Shown in pieces: positions 41,101 to 43,849 of a DNA stretch of 64,000 bases. Position numbers and translations under genes: made by a program. Under the pieces are notes generated by a model. It was not told the DNA's origin. It saw nothing but the letters and a program-made list of their open reading frames with translations, and did not search any database. The DNA is taken from positions 26 through 64,025 of the forward strand of contig JAGOLR010000002.1 of NCBI GenBank assembly GCA_017993955.1. The letters are read 5' to 3'. The DNA is from Candidatus Omnitrophota bacterium (GTDB lineage Bacteria > Omnitrophota > Gorgyraeia > 2-01-FULL-45-10). Every line of letters begins with the position of its first letter. Position 1 is the first letter of the stretch.

Positions 41101-42948
41101 ATAGAAAGCTCTTTCCAGGCCGACCGGCGAATCGACCTTACTTATATCTATGACAACACGGTAGTCCTGCCCGGGCTTTAGATCTTCTCTGACCTTATTC
41201 TCAAATCTCCTAATATATTCTTCCCTTGATAGCACTGTAGTATCCGAAAAACCCGCGATAGGCCGGTCTTTTTCGGTAAGCGTCATGCCGAATTTATTCT
41301 TGCCATACCCGTTCTCCCATGCCAGCCATTCGTAAACTACATTTCCTGATACGATATCTACTTCGAGAATACGGTCCAAGCCGGTGCTAGCAACCAATAT
41401 TAATCCTGGATCGGCAGGATGAAACTTAACCGTGTGTAACAGTTTAAATTCCGGGTTCCTGATGCGTTTTTTAATCTCTTTTGTAGATGTATCGATAATG
41501 ATTATCTCTTCCGAAAAGACTACGGCTATGACGTCATCGCGTACGGCGATATCCCTCGGCTCAACGCCGGATATCTCCCATAGACTTCTGGAGGTCTCCG
41601 CGATATCGTTTACAGTCATAATAAATAAAGAGGTGGGCTCGCTTATCGGCCTTGCTGGCTCGTAAAGCTTACCCGTATCTTTATGTATCCCGATCCTTCT
41701 TGCCTTAAGTTCCGGCGAATTAACGCCTTTCACGACAAAAGCTACCGGAATATTACCGCCAAGGCCACTGACTTCCTTAAAGTCATCGGCAATGCGGACC
41801 ACGGTAGGCTGCGCGGTGGATACGCTGTCGTCCGTTTTTATCTGAGAAAATGAACGCGACGCCATAAGCGGTAGCCCCAAGAATAAGAAAGCCAAAAGAC
41901 CACCTATACCTGCCCCTAAAAATACGCTTATAACTAAGGTCATCACAAATTTGACCGACCACATATCTATACCGGTTACCCCCTCAGCAAATGCCGGCAA
42001 GGCCACGAGCATCATAATTAAAGAGGAAGCGATTATCTTCCGAATACTTATAGTCTTTTCTGGAGCTAATTGGTGGCTTACTTGGGCTATGGGTTCGGAG
42101 ATTGTGACTTGCTTATCGTCTGTTAGATTGCTTCGTCGTTCCGCCTCCGGCGGAACTCCTCGCAATGACGGACTAGACGTCTCGCGTCTTACGTCTAACG
42201 TCTCACCTCTTACGTCTTGCGTCTTGCGATCTTCAACAGTCGTCTCTCTCGATTTGCCATCGGCTTCTTCAGCAAACCGTCCCGAGTGAAGCGAGGGATC
42301 TCCTTCATCCCCCATCTCTCGTTCTTCCACAGACGTCTCACGTCTTACGTCTAACGTCTCACGTTCTTCCACGGACCCCGCCACAGACGTCTTACGTCTT
42401 GCGTCTTGCGTCTCACGTTCGTCATAATCCTCCGGCAGGACCTTCACTGCGTACTTGTCCCCGATCACCCAGTCGTATCCTGCAAGCTCCCTTATAGCGA
42501 GATTATCTTTCTCGGAGATATATATGAGAGACTTCTTGCCATCCGGCGGGTTGTAAAGCATGGTGATAACGCCGTCTTTAAACCTTACATGGGAAAGGTC
42601 GATGCCGTATAGCGCCCTGTATGTCTTAAGGCGCCTAAAAAGAGCTCCTTCGATATGCTGTTCCGGGAGCTGCCCTATCTTGTGAAGATCGTCGCCCATC
42701 AGGTATTTGGCGATGTCGTATATAGCTACTACAAGCCCCCTCTCCGCGAGCACCGATGCCTGAAGTTCAGCGGCGAATTCGTTGACCGGCTGAGTCTGGC
42801 CTACCGATGGAAGCGCCAAGGTCGAGGCGGAAGGCTGGCGCGGCGTGCCGTCTTCCGGATGCGCCCAACTGATATCAAGAGAGAGAAAAGCGGCGATGAG
42901 AATGATGGAGATGACTTTAATAGCGAAGTGGGAACGGAAATTGATCAT
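23110..42948 (-). CDS. giant (6612 aa) signal-peptide-bearing modular protein; enzyme and scaffold modules separated by TM hairpins with internal signal-peptide-like segments: beta-propeller-like region, HEAT, nucleotidyltransferase-like, TPR, LMW-PTP-like, Ig-like plus clan GH-A glycosidase, ILEI/PANDER-like, ribulose-phosphate 3-epimerase, CofD/YvcK, class III FBPase-like metallophosphatase, 2H phosphoesterase
   Basis: Uninterrupted 19.8-kb ORF from ATG 42948-42946, with AAGGGGG SD 6 nt upstream, to TAA 23112-23110. N-terminus [31 protein letters not shown]. Domain coordinates were checked by back-translating [10 protein letters not shown] at 29413-29442. Confidence 0.9.
   Translation of the reverse strand: [6612 protein letters not shown]
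24304..24741 (-). other. 2H phosphoesterase (LigT-like) domain
   Basis: Two HxT/Sx motifs about 130 aa apart: SEHITLSDL and KAHVTLGYL. Confidence 0.45.
27049..27576 (-). other. metallophosphoesterase of the class III fructose-1,6-bisphosphatase (Bacillus Fbp-like) type
   Basis: [49 protein letters not shown] compared with Fbp [45 protein letters not shown] (GDxxDRG ... GNHD/GDHD ... LWxGA). Confidence 0.55.
27934..28866 (-). other. CofD/YvcK (UPF0052, LPPG:FO 2-phospho-L-lactate transferase / gluconeogenesis-factor family) domain
   Basis: [14 protein letters not shown] (compare vvlGGGtGlsxLLrGL); [15 protein letters not shown] (compare vtvaDDGGSsGrLRr); [26 protein letters not shown] (compare iiGPGSlyTSilPnLlvpgi.eAl). 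Confidence 0.65.
29239..29931 (-). other. ribulose-phosphate 3-epimerase domain
   Basis: DLHIMD (compare DVHLMV); [28 protein letters not shown] (compare VLVMSVNPGFGGQKFIPSxLxKIRxLR); [30 protein letters not shown] (compare IEVDGGIN...AGANxxVAGSAIF). Confidence 0.8.
31114..31356 (-). other. ILEI/PANDER (FAM3)-like GG domain
   Basis: [67 protein letters not shown] matches the GRGINV...FDTY...SIPDG.IVL.AV.DE pattern of the ILEI domain. Confidence 0.4.
31459..32826 (-). other. Ig-like (Big-type) domain followed by a clan GH-A (GH5/GH2-like) glycoside hydrolase TIM barrel
   Basis: Ig-like: [58 protein letters not shown]. GH-A: acid/base [10 protein letters not shown] (NE) and nucleophile IFISEFG (xSEFG). 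Confidence 0.5.
33229..33591 (-). other. low-molecular-weight protein-tyrosine-phosphatase / ArsC-like module (CX5R P-loop)
   Basis: [19 protein letters not shown] compared with the LMW-PTP signature V-C-L-G-N-I-C-R-S-P-M-A-E (C-X5-R-S-P). Confidence 0.4.
34174..34926 (-). other. TPR repeat array
   Basis: Repeated 34-aa units with AY.N.G......G....A..D..KA....P consensus ([14 protein letters not shown]..., [14 protein letters not shown]..., [14 protein letters not shown]...). Confidence 0.75.
38749..39861 (-). other. HEAT repeats (PBS-lyase type)
   Basis: Repeated AxALGxIGDxRAxxPLIxLLxDxxxxVRxxAAxAL units, e.g. [44 protein letters not shown]. Confidence 0.7.
42125..42171. repeat. copy of the intergenic palindromic repeat element embedded in frame in the coding sequence of gene 3 (encodes [17 protein letters not shown], aa 259-275)
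   Basis: agattgcttcg-tcg-ttccgcctccggcggaa-ctcctcgcaatgacgg: the same arms as the intergenic copies, with central palindrome TTCCGCC-TCC-GGCGGAA. Confidence 0.8.
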
Positions 42949-43015
42949 TATAGACCCCTTGGTTTTGTTAAATCCAAATTACAAATTTCAAAATCCAAAT
43001 AAATGAAAATCTTCT

Positions 43016-43104
43016 CTTCGTCATTGCGAGGAGCTATTGCTAGACTCAGGCGACGAAGCAATCTATTTTTTAGATTGCTTCGGCCCTTCGGGCCTCGCAA
43101 TGAC
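43016..43104. repeat. nested-palindromic repeat element, copy 3 (full unit)
   Basis: cgtcattgcgaggag-ctattgctagactcagg-cgacgaagcaatct-attttttt-agattgcttcg-gcccttcgggc-ctcgcaatgac. Confidence 0.85.
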
Positions 43105-43134
43105 AAATAAGAAATCGTATTACTCAATAACAAT

Positions 43135-43428
43135 TCAGAGTATAGTATTGTAAAGATCTTTGAAGTCCGGATTCGACTTCTTAATCAATGCTAACTTATC
43201 GGCCCGTGAACCGCCCTTTATTTTCTTCTCCCGCTCTATAGCATCTTTAATGCTATCAAATATCTCATAATGAATAAGCTTCGTAATGTTGTATTTCTTG
43301 GTGAAGCCTTCTACTGATTTTTCCTTATGTTCGTAAACACGTTTTACCAAATCACTCGTTACCCCTGCATAGATAGCTCTGTTCGTTTTATTGGTCATCA
43401 GATATACATATCCGCGCTTATCTTGCAC
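43135..43428 (-). CDS. GIY-YIG nuclease superfamily protein (small URI-domain endonuclease, COG2827-like), 97 aa
   Basis: MQDKRGYVYLMTNKTNRAIYAGVTSDLVKRVYEHKEK...KLIHYEIF...AIEREKKIKGGSRADKLALI shows the GIY/YIG, R, E and hYxE signature blocks typical of the family. GTG start at 43428-43426 (an internal ATG at residue 11 is an alternative); TGA stop at 43137-43135. Confidence 0.85.
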   Translation of the reverse strand: MQDKRGYVYLMTNKTNRAIYAGVTSDLVKRVYEHKEKSVEGFTKKYNITKLIHYEIFDSIKDAIEREKKIKGGSRADKLALIKKSNPDFKDLYNTIL

Positions 43429-43444
43429 TTTAATTCTTTCTTTT

Positions 43445-43489
43445 AGATTGCTTCGTCCTTCTCACTTCGCTCGAAGTCCTCGCAATGAC
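43445..43489. repeat. partial repeat element, copy 4 (right half), 17 nt upstream of the GIY-YIG start
   Basis: agattgcttcg-tccttctcacttcgctcgaagtc-ctcgcaatgac; the central cttcgctcgaag is itself palindromic. Confidence 0.75.
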
Positions 43490-43568
43490 AGGCTGAATTT
43501 TGTCATTTGTCATTGTTAACCCCGCTTTGCGCATTACGTTTTACGCTTCCGCTAGTCTTTATAAATCT

Positions 43569-43613
43569 ATAAACAAAACCGCCAGACCGATTTTCGAGCC
43601 ATTCAGTCTGGCG
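43569..43613 (-). terminator. rho-independent terminator downstream of gene 4 (minus strand)
   Basis: Minus-strand CCGCCAGAC-(17-nt loop)-GTCTGGCGG followed by TTTTGTTTAT. An adjacent second hairpin GAGTAG-n12-CTACTC followed by TGACGTTTT on the plus strand suggests a bidirectional terminator. Confidence 0.5.
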
Positions 43614-43760
43614 GAGTAGATACAATTTTTGCTACTCTGACGTTTTAGCTTACACCTATGCATATTAGTTTCATTTTTTATCAAATTCTACTATATAATT
43701 TATCACAGCTACTGCTTTAAATCAATGCAAGTCCTTCTGTCTTTTTTCTCCCTAACCTGT

Positions 43761-43849
43761 TGTCATTACGAGGAGCTATCGCCAAACTCAGGCGACGAAG
43801 CAATCTCTTTTTTTAGATTGCTTCGGGCACTTCGTGCCCTCGCAATGAC
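43761..43849. repeat. nested-palindromic repeat element, copy 5 (full unit)
   Basis: tgtcattacgaggag-ctatcgccaaactcagg-cgacgaagcaatct-cttttttt-agattgcttcg-ggcacttcgtgcc-ctcgcaatgac. Confidence 0.85.
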
